The notes under the pieces are model-generated. The model made no database searches. It saw only the letters and a program-made list of their open reading frames with translations, and had not been told where the DNA came from. DNA of 25,008 nucleotides, from assembly GCA_964542355.1 (NCBI GenBank), contig CAZIWQ010000005.1:1-25008 (forward strand), written 5' to 3'. Shown here one piece after another: positions 7,489-19,889 of the stretch. Source of the DNA: an uncultured Armatimonadia bacterium (GTDB taxonomy: Bacteria > Armatimonadota > Zipacnadia > Zipacnadales > JABUFB01). The position numbers were made by a program, and so were the translations under genes. Position 1 is the stretch's first letter; every line of letters starts with the position of its first letter.

Positions 7489-7616
7489 ACCACGCGATCA
7501 GCCCTCCTTCAAGCCGTTCCTACGAGGCTCCCCTCTCCCCAAGGCCCTCGGACCAACGCCGAATAGCCGGGTGAAGGTCACACCCACTCCCAACCCTTCC
7601 AAGGAGGCGCAAGCTG

Positions 7617-11126
<3,510 letters not shown>

Positions 11127-11207
11127 GTGGGGCGAGGGGGGCTATGGCCGCACCTCCGCTGCCGCTGAGGTCCTGGACGCGCTGGGGTAACCGCCTCCTG
11201 CTCGTGA

Positions 11208-11270
11208 ATTGATACTTCTGGGCGCTCTATGTACCAATCCGAGCCCGCGATTGATACTTCGGTACCAATC
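11208..11270. repeat. Duplicated ATTGATACTTC / GTACCAATC motifs upstream of the methylase
   Basis: ATTGATACTTC at 11208 and 11250; GTACCAATC at 11231 and 11262; ATTGATAC and GTACCAAT are 7/8 complementary. Confidence 0.7.
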
Positions 11271-11300
11271 TGCCGGGCTGCTTGTTGTTGAGGTCCTGTG

Positions 11301-14156
11301 ATGCCCTACCGCAAGAAGCTCATCGAGGTTGCCCTGCCGCTCGAAGCCATCAACCGGGAGGCGGCGCGGGAGAAGTCCATCCGGCATGGGCATCCGTCCA
11401 CGCTGCACTTGTGGTGGGCGCGGCGGCCGCTGGCGGCGTGTCGGGCCGTGCTCTTCTCGTCGCTGGTGGACGATCCCGAGGAGCCCGAAGCACCCCAGGA
11501 GTATCTCGACGAACTCGACAAGCTGCCGGGGGGCGTGGGGTTGCCGCCGGAGACGCCCATCGGGGAGGTCCGGCGCGAGAAGCTCTTCCGCTTCATCGAG
11601 GAGCTGGTGAAGTGGGACAACTCCAACAACGAGCGGATCATCGGCACTGCCCGGCGGCTGATCCTGGCGGCCACGGAGGGCAACCCGCCGCCGGTGCTGG
11701 ACCCCTTCTGCGGCGGGGGCTCGATCCCCCTGGAGGCGCAACGGCTCGGGCTGGAGGCGCATGGCAGTGACCTGAACCCGGTCGCGGTGCTCATCACCAA
11801 GGCCCTAGTCGAGATCCCGCCCAAGTTCGCCGGGCAGGCGCCGGTGAACCCGGAGGCGCGCCGGCGCAAGGACACCTCGGCCTGGCCCGTCGCCACCGGC
11901 CTGGCGGACGATGTGCGGTGCTACGGCAAGTGGATGCGCAACGAGACCGAGAAGCGTTTTGGGTACCTCTATCCGAAGGTGAAGCTCCCGAGAGAGCAAG
12001 GTGGGGGAGAGGCGACGGTCATCGCCTGGTTGTGGGCCCGTACGGTACAGTGCCCGAACCCAGCCTGTGGGCGCGAGATGCCACTCCTGTCAAACCTGGT
12101 GCTCTCGTCTAAGGCGGGCAAGGAGTGCTATCTTCGCCCCGTCTTCGATGCCCGCGTCCTGTCGTTTGACGTAGGGCCGAACCGCCCTGCACACCCAGCA
12201 GATCCGAAGAAGGGCTTCAAACGGGGGATGTCGGGCATCTTTGAGTGTGTCTTCTGCGGGACGGTTACAACGCGGGACTACGTCGCGACAGAAGGTGTTG
12301 CAGGCCGACTGGGGCGGATCCAGACTGCCGTTGTCGCTGAAGGACCAAAGGGGAGAGTATACCTCCCAGCCGAAAGCTCTCCGACACCTGAGAACGTGCC
12401 AGAAGTGAACGACACCCGTGGCCTTGATGTGGAGTTTGCTCCAAACCCTCGCGACCTCTGGTGCCGGAATTTCGGACTGACACGACCGCGGGATGCCTTC
12501 ACGCCCCGCCAGCTCGTGGTACTGACGACCTTCTGTGATTTGGTCGGCGAGGTACGCGGGAAAGTGCGCGAGGACGCCCTCGCCGCCGGTATGGCCGACG
12601 ACCCCATATCGCTCGACGCTGGCGGCACGGGGGCGCAGGCGTACGCCGACGCCGTGGGGACGTATTTGGCTTTGGTCGCCAGCAAGGCCACAGCATTCCA
12701 CAACACGCTCGCGCGCTGGCGCGCTGGAGAGGACAAGTCCGCCCCCGCCATCGGACGACAGGCGATCCCGATGGTATGGGACTTCACTGAGGTCAATCCG
12801 TTCGCCGGCGCAGGCGGAGACTTCGACGGGATCACAGATGGTGCCGCCAAGACGTGCGCGTCTCTGCCAGCGGCACCCAGAGGGACTGCACAGCAACTGG
12901 ACGCAGCCGCTTCCCTGCTTACCGCCCCTCGTCCACTCATATCAACCGATCCCCCGTATTACGACAACATCGCCTACGCCGACCTATCCGACTTTTTCTA
13001 CGTGTGGCTGAGAAGATCGCTGGGCAGTGTATACCCGCAGCTCTTCTCCACGCTCCTCGTGCCGAAGGCGCAGGAGTTGATAGCAGCGCCTTATCGCTTC
13101 GACGGCAGCCGGCAGAAGGCTCAGAACTTCTTCGAGGACGGCCTGGGCAGAGCCTTCAGCCACGCAAGGAGCGCGCAGCACTCTGCCTATCCGCTTCCTG
13201 TCTTCTATGCCTTCAAGCAGACCGAGACGGAGGAGAACGACCACGACGCCGACGCGTCCACTTCGGCCTCAACGGGTTGGGAAACCATGCTGGAGGGTCT
13301 GCTGACTGCGGGGTTCTCCATGACTGGCACCTGGCCGATGAACACCGAGATGAAGACGAGACAGGTTGCGATGGGTACCAACGCCCTTGCCTCCTCCATC
13401 ATCCTGGTCTGCCGCCCTCGTCCCGACAACGCACCGATGGCAACCCGCCGCGAGTTCACTTCAGCCCTGCGCAAAGAGCTGCCACCCGCGCTGGCACAAC
13501 TCACCCACGCGGGCATTCCACCGGTGGACCTGGCGCAGGCGACCATCGGGCCGGGCATGGCCGTCTTCTCCCGCTACTCGAAGGTGCTGGAGGCCGACGG
13601 GAGCCCCATGACCGTCCGCACCGCGCTCCAGATCATCAACCAGGAGCTTGACGCCTACCTGACCGAGCAAGAGGGCGATCTGGACGGCGACACCCGCTTC
13701 TGCATCGCCTGGTTCGAGCAGTACGGGCTCAACGAGGCCGCCTTCGGCGAGGCGGACGTGCTCGCCCGCGCCAAGAATACCTCGGTTGAGGGTATCGAGG
13801 AGGCCGGCGTCCTCCACGCCCGCGCCGGTAAGGTGCGCCTGCGCCAGCGTTGCGACTACCCGGAGGACTGGGACCCGCAGACCGACCGCCGCCTGACCGT
13901 CTGGGAGTGCACCCAGCACCTGATCTGCGAGCTGGAGCGGAGTGGGGAAGAGGGGGCGGCGGCGCTTGTCCGCCGTCTCGGTGGCGGCATGAGCGAAGAC
14001 GCCCGCGCCCTGGCCTACCGCCTCTACGCCATCGCCGACCGCAAGGGCTGGACCGACGAAGCCCGCGCCTACAACGGCCTGGTGGTCTCCTGGCCGGCCA
14101 TTGTCGAGAAGGCAGCACGGGCACCGGCGGCGGAACAGCCGGGGCTGTTTGAGTAG
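11301..14156 (+). CDS. DUF1156-type N6-adenine DNA methyltransferase
   Basis: KKLIEVALPL..IN...REKSIRHGHPSTLHLWWARRPL N-terminus; motif I DPFCGGGS; motif IV TDPPYYDN; Cys pairs CPNPAC and CVFC in the central region; ATG 11301 (GTG 11298 alternative). Confidence 0.92.
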   Translation: MPYRKKLIEVALPLEAINREAAREKSIRHGHPSTLHLWWARRPLAACRAVLFSSLVDDPEEPEAPQEYLDELDKLPGGVGLPPETPIGEVRREKLFRFIEELVKWDNSNNERIIGTARRLILAATEGNPPPVLDPFCGGGSIPLEAQRLGLEAHGSDLNPVAVLITKALVEIPPKFAGQAPVNPEARRRKDTSAWPVATGLADDVRCYGKWMRNETEKRFGYLYPKVKLPREQGGGEATVIAWLWARTVQCPNPACGREMPLLSNLVLSSKAGKECYLRPVFDARVLSFDVGPNRPAHPADPKKGFKRGMSGIFECVFCGTVTTRDYVATEGVAGRLGRIQTAVVAEGPKGRVYLPAESSPTPENVPEVNDTRGLDVEFAPNPRDLWCRNFGLTRPRDAFTPRQLVVLTTFCDLVGEVRGKVREDALAAGMADDPISLDAGGTGAQAYADAVGTYLALVASKATAFHNTLARWRAGEDKSAPAIGRQAIPMVWDFTEVNPFAGAGGDFDGITDGAAKTCASLPAAPRGTAQQLDAAASLLTAPRPLISTDPPYYDNIAYADLSDFFYVWLRRSLGSVYPQLFSTLLVPKAQELIAAPYRFDGSRQKAQNFFEDGLGRAFSHARSAQHSAYPLPVFYAFKQTETEENDHDADASTSASTGWETMLEGLLTAGFSMTGTWPMNTEMKTRQVAMGTNALASSIILVCRPRPDNAPMATRREFTSALRKELPPALAQLTHAGIPPVDLAQATIGPGMAVFSRYSKVLEADGSPMTVRTALQIINQELDAYLTEQEGDLDGDTRFCIAWFEQYGLNEAAFGEADVLARAKNTSVEGIEEAGVLHARAGKVRLRQRCDYPEDWDPQTDRRLTVWECTQHLICELERSGEEGAAALVRRLGGGMSEDARALAYRLYAIADRKGWTDEARAYNGLVVSWPAIVEKAARAPAAEQPGLFE

Positions 14157-14189
14157 TTGCAGGCGAGGACGCCCCAGAACCACAATACA

Positions 14190-14219
14190 TGGTGAACTCA
14201 CCACTTTTTGTGGTATGAT
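14190..14219 (+). promoter_or_regulatory. Extended -10 promoter with overlapping inverted repeats (candidate autoregulatory operator)
   Basis: TG-G-TATGAT at 14211-14219; TGGTGA-AC-TCACCA at 14190-14203; ACCAC-TTTTT-GTGGT at 14200-14214. Confidence 0.5.
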
Positions 14220-14226
14220 GAGTGTC

Positions 14227-14880
14227 ATGAACACGACGAGCGAGAGAAGCGAACCGACTGGTTTGTTCGGGAGAACGCGCAGTGCGGTGCTGGGCCTGCT
14301 GTTCGGACAGCCGGAGCGCGACTTCTACCAGCAGGAAGTGGCGCAGGTGGCGGGGGCGAGGCTGAGCGCGGTGCAACGCGAACTGGCGAGCCTGGTGGCT
14401 GCGGGACTGGTAACGCGGCGCAAACGGGGGAACCGGGTCTACTACCAGGCGGACGCGCGCTGCCCCCTGTTCGCCGAGGTGCGGGGCATCATCGCCAAGA
14501 CGACTGGGCTGACGGGGGTCCTGCGCCGGGCATTGGAGCCACTGCAGGAGCGTATCGCGGTCGCCCTGGTGTTCGGCTCGCTGGCGGCAGGCACGGCGAT
14601 GAGCGGGAGCGATGTGGATGTCCTGGTGGTGGGAGATATGTCACTGCGAGACGTGGCGCCGCTGCTCGCGCCTACACGGGAAGCGTTGGGGCGAGAGGTG
14701 AACCCGGTGGTGGTATCGCTCGGAGAGCTGCGGGAGAAGATCGCGAGGGGCGACCACTTCCTGAGCACGGTGCTGTCGGGACCGAAGCTGTTCGTGATCG
14801 GAGACGCCGATGACCTTGGACGACTTTGCGCAGAGGGGCATGCTGCACCAACACAAGACGACGGCCCAGGAGATCGCTGA
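14227..14880 (+). CDS. wHTH (ArsR/MarR-like) fused to minimal nucleotidyltransferase (MNT antitoxin-like)
   Basis: N-terminal wHTH (SAVQRELASLVAAGLVTRRKRGNRVYY); GS-LAAGTAMSGS-DVD is exactly GSX10DXD. Start could be 14215, 14218 or 14227. Confidence 0.85.
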   Translation: MNTTSERSEPTGLFGRTRSAVLGLLFGQPERDFYQQEVAQVAGARLSAVQRELASLVAAGLVTRRKRGNRVYYQADARCPLFAEVRGIIAKTTGLTGVLRRALEPLQERIAVALVFGSLAAGTAMSGSDVDVLVVGDMSLRDVAPLLAPTREALGREVNPVVVSLGELREKIARGDHFLSTVLSGPKLFVIGDADDLGRLCAEGHAAPTQDDGPGDR

Positions 14881-15316
14881 CCTGTGGGCGATAGCCGAGG
14901 TGGGGCTGGCAGACGCTCGTGTGGGAGCGATCTCGCTGGACCGGCGCTTTACCGCGGCATACGACGCGGCGCGGTCGCTGGCGACGATCCCCCTGGCGTG
15001 CGCGGGCTACCGCACCGCCGGCGCGGGACACCACGCCACGACCTTCGCGACACTGCCCCTGACTATGGGTAGCGAGTACCAGCCCCTTGTTGCGTTCCTG
15101 GACATGTGCCGGGTGAAGCGGAACGTCTCTGAATACCGGCGCGTGGGCCAGGTCCAAGCGGGGGATGTACAGGACCTGATCGAGGCAACGGAGGAGCTGC
15201 AGGCCAAGCTGGAGCAGTGGCTCGCGACAGAGCACCCAGCCCTGAAGCCCAGCGCCGGGGGGCCGCCCGAGACAACATCGGACGCGCAGGCCTCATCGCA
15301 GAACAGTGAGGAGTGA
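14810..15316 (+). CDS. HEPN-fold protein paired with the MNT
   Basis: RFTAAYDAAR...GYRT..GHH...LDMCRVKRNVSEY; R-X4-Y in place of R-X4-H; overlaps the MNT 3' end. Confidence 0.75.
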   Translation: MTLDDFAQRGMLHQHKTTAQEIADLWAIAEVGLADARVGAISLDRRFTAAYDAARSLATIPLACAGYRTAGAGHHATTFATLPLTMGSEYQPLVAFLDMCRVKRNVSEYRRVGQVQAGDVQDLIEATEELQAKLEQWLATEHPALKPSAGGPPETTSDAQASSQNSEE

Positions 15317-15322
15317 AGTACC

Positions 15323-18121
15323 ATGGCATTGAGGTCCTGGCGTGAAGTCGTGACCCCCCATCCCGATGTGGCCACCGGCCGCTACCATCAGGCAGAGTTC
15401 GCCGCGGACCTGGCCCAGGTGCTCTCTAAGAAGGCGGAGCCGGAGTACCAGGACCCGGCGGAGTTCTTCGCCCGCACCTACCTGACCGAGGGCATCTCGC
15501 GGCTCCTGCAGGTCTCGCTGGAGCGTCTGAGCGGCAAGGGTGGAGAGCCGGTCATCCAGCTCAAGACCGCCTTCGGCGGCGGCAAGACGCACACCATGCT
15601 GGCGCTCTACCACTTGGTCTGCGCCGAAGCAGCCCCGGATAAGCTCTCCGGCATCCCGGCAGTCCTCGAAGCGGTCGGCATCGAGGCGCTGCCCCAGGCG
15701 AAGTGCGCCGTCATCGCCGGAACCGCACTGAACCCGTCTCGTGAGCGTAAGGACGCAGCGGGGAACGGCGTGACCGTGAGGACGCTCTGGGGAGAGATCG
15801 CGGCACAGCTCGGCGGGCAGGAAGCCTACGCCATCGTCGAGAGCGCCGACCAGACGGGCACGGCGCCGGGTTCTGACGATCTGGTGGCGCTCTTCGAGCA
15901 CGTGGGCCCCTGTGTGGTCCTGCTGGACGAGCTGGTCGCCTACGCCCGGAACATCTACGGGAAGCAGGGCCTGACCGGCGGCAGCTTCGACTCAAACATG
16001 ACCTTCGTGCAGTCACTCACCGAGGCTGCCCGCCGCAGTCGGAATGCGCTTCTGGTGGCCGCGATCCCCGAGTCGAACATCGAGATCGGGGGAGAGGCCG
16101 GTGAGGCGGCGCTGGCGCGCATCGAGAACACCTTCGGGCGCATGGAAGCCGTCTGGAAGCCCGTAGGAGCCACAGAGGGCTTCGAGATCGTGCGCCGGCG
16201 GCTCTTCACCCCGGTGAAGGACGAAAAGGCCCGAGACGCCGTCTGCTCGGCCTTCAGCAACCTGTATGCCGAGGGCGCCGCCGACTTCCCCGCCGAGTGC
16301 AAAGAGGGCGCGTACCTGCAGCGGCTCCGCTCCGCGTACCCGATCCACCCCGAGGTCTTTGACCGGCTGTATGGCGACTGGGCCACGTTGGAGCGTTTCC
16401 AGCGTACCCGTGGTGTGCTGCGCCTCATGGCCAGCGCGATCCACGAGCTGTGGACGCGCGGTGATCAGGCGCTCCTCATCATGCCGGGCTCGATCCCCCT
16501 GGACGCGCCCCGCGTCCGGGACGAGCTGACCCGGTATCTGACGGACGGCTGGACCGCCGTCGTGGACACGGATATTGATGGGGAGCAGTCTGAGCCCCGG
16601 AAGATCGACGAAGCGAACCCCCGGCTCGGAGCCCTATCTGCAGCCCGCCGGGTCGCCCGGACTGTGTTCCTGGGCAGTGCCCCCTCGGTACGCCAGCAGA
16701 ACGTCCGGGGCGTCGAGGACATCCGAATCCGCCTGGGCGTCGTTCAGCCCGGCGAATCGGTGGCCGTCTTCAATGACGCCCTGGGGCGCCTCAGCGACCG
16801 CCTGACGCACCTGTACGGTGAGGGTGGGCGGTACTGGTATGACCTGCAGCCCAACCTCAAGCGGACAATGGAGGACCGCGCGTCGCGGCTGAAGCCCGAC
16901 GCTGTGGAGGTGGAGATCGAGCGCCGGCTGCGCGCCGAAAAGGAGCGCGGCGCCTTCCGCGCAGTCCACGTCTGTGTCCCCAGCGCCGATGTGCCGGATG
17001 AGCCGACAGCGCGGCTGGTGGTGCTGAGCCCCACAACCCCGCACCGTCGAGGTGGGGGAGAGGCGCCGGCCATAGGGGCCGCGAGAGAGATCCTGGAGCA
17101 ACGCGGCAACAGCCCCCGGCAGCATCGGAACATGCTAGTGTTTGTGGCTCCCGACGCGGATGGTCTCACGGCGGTCGAGCAGGAAGCCCGGAAGTACCTG
17201 GCCTGGAAGTCCGTTGAAGAGGACCACGAGACCCTCAACCTCGACGCGCGTCAGCATCGCCAGGCGGTGGAGGCCAAGGAGCGATCAGACGAGACCGTGG
17301 ATGTGCGCCTCCAGGAGGCCTACTGCTGGTTGCTTGTCCCGACCCAGGACGGCACGGGCCCATTGGAGTGGGAGACGACCCGGATCGCGGCGGGGAGTGA
17401 CTGCCACGTCGCGCGGGCATCGAGGAAGGTCACGGGGGCTGAGCAGCTGATCGCGCGCTGGTCGCCGGCGCTCCTGAAGATGGAGCTGGATCGTTGGCTA
17501 TGGAAGGACGCGGCGCACATCTCCACTCAGAAACTCTGGGAGTACTTGGCCACCTACTGCTACCTGCCCCGCCTACGGGATGTGGAAGTGCTGACAGAGG
17601 CGATCAGGGAGGGCCTGAAGAGCCGCGACTACTTTGCGTACGCTGGCAGTGTCGACGAGAGCGGCCGCTACCTGGGCCTGCAGTTCGGTGCGGCTGGGGC
17701 AAGCGTGTACGTAGATTCCGCAAGCGTACTGGTGAAGCCCGAGGTGGCCGCGGATCAGCTCGCGGCCGCTGTCCCCGCGACGGAAGACGCGCTGCCAGTG
17801 GACGTGCCCAACGGTGGCGCCGTGCCTCCGGTACGCGAGAAACCGACGCAGGTTGAGCTCCCGCTGGGGGAAGGGGGGCCTGCCGCCCCTACACGCTTCT
17901 TCGGGAAGGTCGTTCTGGACAGTGCCCGTGTCGGCCGCGACGCAGGCCGGATCGCCGAGGAGGTCATTCAGCACTTGGCGGGCCTGGTAGATTCGAATGT
18001 GCGCGTGACGCTGGAGATCGAGGCCGACATCCCATCCGGAGCCTCGGACGCCGTCGTGCGGACAGTGACCGAGAACTGCCGGGTGCTGAAGTTTGAGGCG
18101 CAGGGGTTTGAGGAGAGCTGA
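15323..18121 (+). CDS. DUF499-type AAA+/P-loop ATPase of restriction-like systems
   Basis: SWREVVTPHPDV...AEFAADL N-terminus; Walker A TAFGGGKTH; Walker B VVLLDE; YPIHPE; FQRTRGVLR; C-terminal RFFGKVVLD...VTENCRVLKF. Confidence 0.9.
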   Translation: MALRSWREVVTPHPDVATGRYHQAEFAADLAQVLSKKAEPEYQDPAEFFARTYLTEGISRLLQVSLERLSGKGGEPVIQLKTAFGGGKTHTMLALYHLVCAEAAPDKLSGIPAVLEAVGIEALPQAKCAVIAGTALNPSRERKDAAGNGVTVRTLWGEIAAQLGGQEAYAIVESADQTGTAPGSDDLVALFEHVGPCVVLLDELVAYARNIYGKQGLTGGSFDSNMTFVQSLTEAARRSRNALLVAAIPESNIEIGGEAGEAALARIENTFGRMEAVWKPVGATEGFEIVRRRLFTPVKDEKARDAVCSAFSNLYAEGAADFPAECKEGAYLQRLRSAYPIHPEVFDRLYGDWATLERFQRTRGVLRLMASAIHELWTRGDQALLIMPGSIPLDAPRVRDELTRYLTDGWTAVVDTDIDGEQSEPRKIDEANPRLGALSAARRVARTVFLGSAPSVRQQNVRGVEDIRIRLGVVQPGESVAVFNDALGRLSDRLTHLYGEGGRYWYDLQPNLKRTMEDRASRLKPDAVEVEIERRLRAEKERGAFRAVHVCVPSADVPDEPTARLVVLSPTTPHRRGGGEAPAIGAAREILEQRGNSPRQHRNMLVFVAPDADGLTAVEQEARKYLAWKSVEEDHETLNLDARQHRQAVEAKERSDETVDVRLQEAYCWLLVPTQDGTGPLEWETTRIAAGSDCHVARASRKVTGAEQLIARWSPALLKMELDRWLWKDAAHISTQKLWEYLATYCYLPRLRDVEVLTEAIREGLKSRDYFAYAGSVDESGRYLGLQFGAAGASVYVDSASVLVKPEVAADQLAAAVPATEDALPVDVPNGGAVPPVREKPTQVELPLGEGGPAAPTRFFGKVVLDSARVGRDAGRIAEEVIQHLAGLVDSNVRVTLEIEADIPSGASDAVVRTVTENCRVLKFEAQGFEES

Positions 18122-18259
18122 AGGGCGTACTGACGAGCCTACGAACGCGGCACTGTTGCCCGTGCGAAGGGCACTCGATTTTGGCTTCCGGGAAGGCGAT
18201 AGCAGGGAAAGACGAGACGCAATGCTGGATGGCAAGCCATGTAAGGATCCCGATGGCCA

Positions 18260-19171
18260 GTGACTGAGTACCACCTGCAACTTCCGGGGAACTGGGTCCA
18301 CGCACAGGTTCTGGAAAACGCCCTGGGCAGGGCTGGTGAGCCACACGGGGACGTTTACGGTTCCATGCGCTGTGTGTTTCCGTCTGGCTGCAAAGTCATG
18401 GTAGACGCGTGCGTACGGCTTCTCTCACTTGTGAACCAGTTGGCGCATGTTGGAAGGCAGGTAACACTCGAATTCGAGGAAGGGCCGGATGGCACGATGG
18501 GGTACCTCGACCGGATCGGCTTCCTCGAACAGCTGGCTTCCACAGTTGCCGTAGTTCCAGCGCCTCCGGCACAGTCCGCAGGGGCTCGCTACCGCGGGCG
18601 CAATCCGGAGCTCGTTGAGCTACGGGCGATAAGCTTGGGGAAACGAGACAGAGATCTGCCACAGCAATTGGCCGACGCGGTCGTGGAGGCATGTTCCGGG
18701 CGCACTGACCGCAAGCCATTGGGGCATGCGACATATACTCTCTTTGCTGAGCTGGTCGACAATATCTTCGAGCACAGCGAGACGCAAGTCGATGGGTACG
18801 CAGCGGTGCAGGCATACCATGGTGGAGGAGAGGTCTGGGTAGCAGTATCGGATAGCGGGTGCGGGATCCTGGAAACGGTCCGACCGTCACTCAAAAACGG
18901 CTCGCTTCGGCGCCTATCAGACCCGGAACTCATTGTACATATGTTCAATGAAGGCCTGTCACGATTTGGGGCACAACGCGGATGCGGTCTACACCAGTGT
19001 GCTAGTCACGCCCTGAAGTACCAAGCCCATCTTCTGCTTCGCCTGCCGACATCTTGTCTTGAGCTGGTGCCCGGCGACGGCTGCTACGTACCCAACAAGG
19101 CATATATCCAGGCGGGCTTGCCGCTTCTCTGGGGGACGCATATCGTCTTCCAGTTCCGGCTTGACAAGTAG
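18260..19171 (+). CDS. capK: STAS-like plus GHKL (SpoIIAB-like) kinase, CapK-like
   Basis: N box FAELVDNIFEHS, G1 VSDSGCGI, G2 RGCGL; N-terminal domain with MGYLDRIGF; GTG start; adjacent STAS-wHTH gene. Confidence 0.72.
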   Translation: MTEYHLQLPGNWVHAQVLENALGRAGEPHGDVYGSMRCVFPSGCKVMVDACVRLLSLVNQLAHVGRQVTLEFEEGPDGTMGYLDRIGFLEQLASTVAVVPAPPAQSAGARYRGRNPELVELRAISLGKRDRDLPQQLADAVVEACSGRTDRKPLGHATYTLFAELVDNIFEHSETQVDGYAAVQAYHGGGEVWVAVSDSGCGILETVRPSLKNGSLRRLSDPELIVHMFNEGLSRFGAQRGCGLHQCASHALKYQAHLLLRLPTSCLELVPGDGCYVPNKAYIQAGLPLLWGTHIVFQFRLDK

Positions 19172-19193
19172 CCTCACTTCTGGTTTAATGAAG
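19161..19193 (+). promoter_or_regulatory. Near-consensus sigma70 promoter in the capK 3' end driving capS
   Basis: TTGACA (19161-19166), 17 bp, TTTAAT (19184-19189) with extended TG at 19181-19182. Confidence 0.7.
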
Positions 19194-19196
19194 GCG

Positions 19197-19748
19197 ATGA
19201 ACGAGAAGAGTGTCACCATACGCCTGCGGGATCACATGGACCATGACGACGCCTGGGGGCACGCCGCAGGACAAGAGGTGTTCAGTAGGCTACTTGCGGT
19301 GCTGCGGGCACATGTGGGGATCGCGATGTTCCGTGTCTCACTGGAAGGTGTGACACGAACAGACGCATCCTTTCCTCGTGAGAGCGTAGTACGTCTCGCC
19401 AAGCAGTTTCGGAAGGAGAAGGGGTTCTGCTTGGTCAATGCGGCCGATAGTGATCTTCTCGACAACTGGGATGCGGCAGCGCAGAAGCAGGAGCAGCCGC
19501 TTGTGGTCTGGCGCAGCGATGAGTGGCGCCTGCTAGGCCCCAAGCCTTCGGAGGGACTGCGACCTCTGTTTGAGCACGTACTAAGCCGAGGAGCGGTGAC
19601 GACAAGTGAAGCCTGCGAGGCACTTCAGCTGAATGCGCCGAACGCAAGCAATAAGCTGAAGACGCTGTGGGAGCAAGGGTACCTGCTCCGGCGAGAGCGA
19701 GCCGCTGTAAGCGGCGGCCTAGAGTATGAGTACTTCATCGCTCGATAG
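19197..19748 (+). CDS. capS: STAS-like (DUF4325-like) plus wHTH transcriptional repressor, CapS-like (alternative ATG 19188)
   Basis: STAS-like RVSLEGVTRTDASFPRE with candidate phospho-Ser; C-terminal wHTH TTSEACEALQLNAPNASNKLKTLWEQGYL...SGGLEYEY. Confidence 0.72.
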   Translation: MNEKSVTIRLRDHMDHDDAWGHAAGQEVFSRLLAVLRAHVGIAMFRVSLEGVTRTDASFPRESVVRLAKQFRKEKGFCLVNAADSDLLDNWDAAAQKQEQPLVVWRSDEWRLLGPKPSEGLRPLFEHVLSRGAVTTSEACEALQLNAPNASNKLKTLWEQGYLLRRERAAVSGGLEYEYFIAR

Positions 19749-19778
19749 ATTAGGCCCTTTTTGTTGGAACTTCATTCA

Positions 19779-19793
19779 TCTGGTTCATTGAAG
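19779..19793 (+). promoter_or_regulatory. Second copy of the TCTGGTTyAwTGAAG motif upstream of the MBL gene (candidate operator)
   Basis: TCTGGTTCATTGAAG matches TCTGGTTTAATGAAG (19179-19193) at 13/15. Confidence 0.5.
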
Positions 19794-19889
19794 CAGAATT
19801 GGCGCGGCGATAGGCAATCCTCACAGGCGGAATAGGTCCAAGGTGGAGGACCACAAAGTCCAAAACGGAGTGCAAGCTGGAGGTACACC

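Noticed and set aside
11128-11190. Short frame WGEGGYGRTSAAAEVLDALG resembling the dUTPase C-terminal motif
   Set aside because: No start codon or other dUTPase motifs; 20 codons of G-rich DNA can match by chance.
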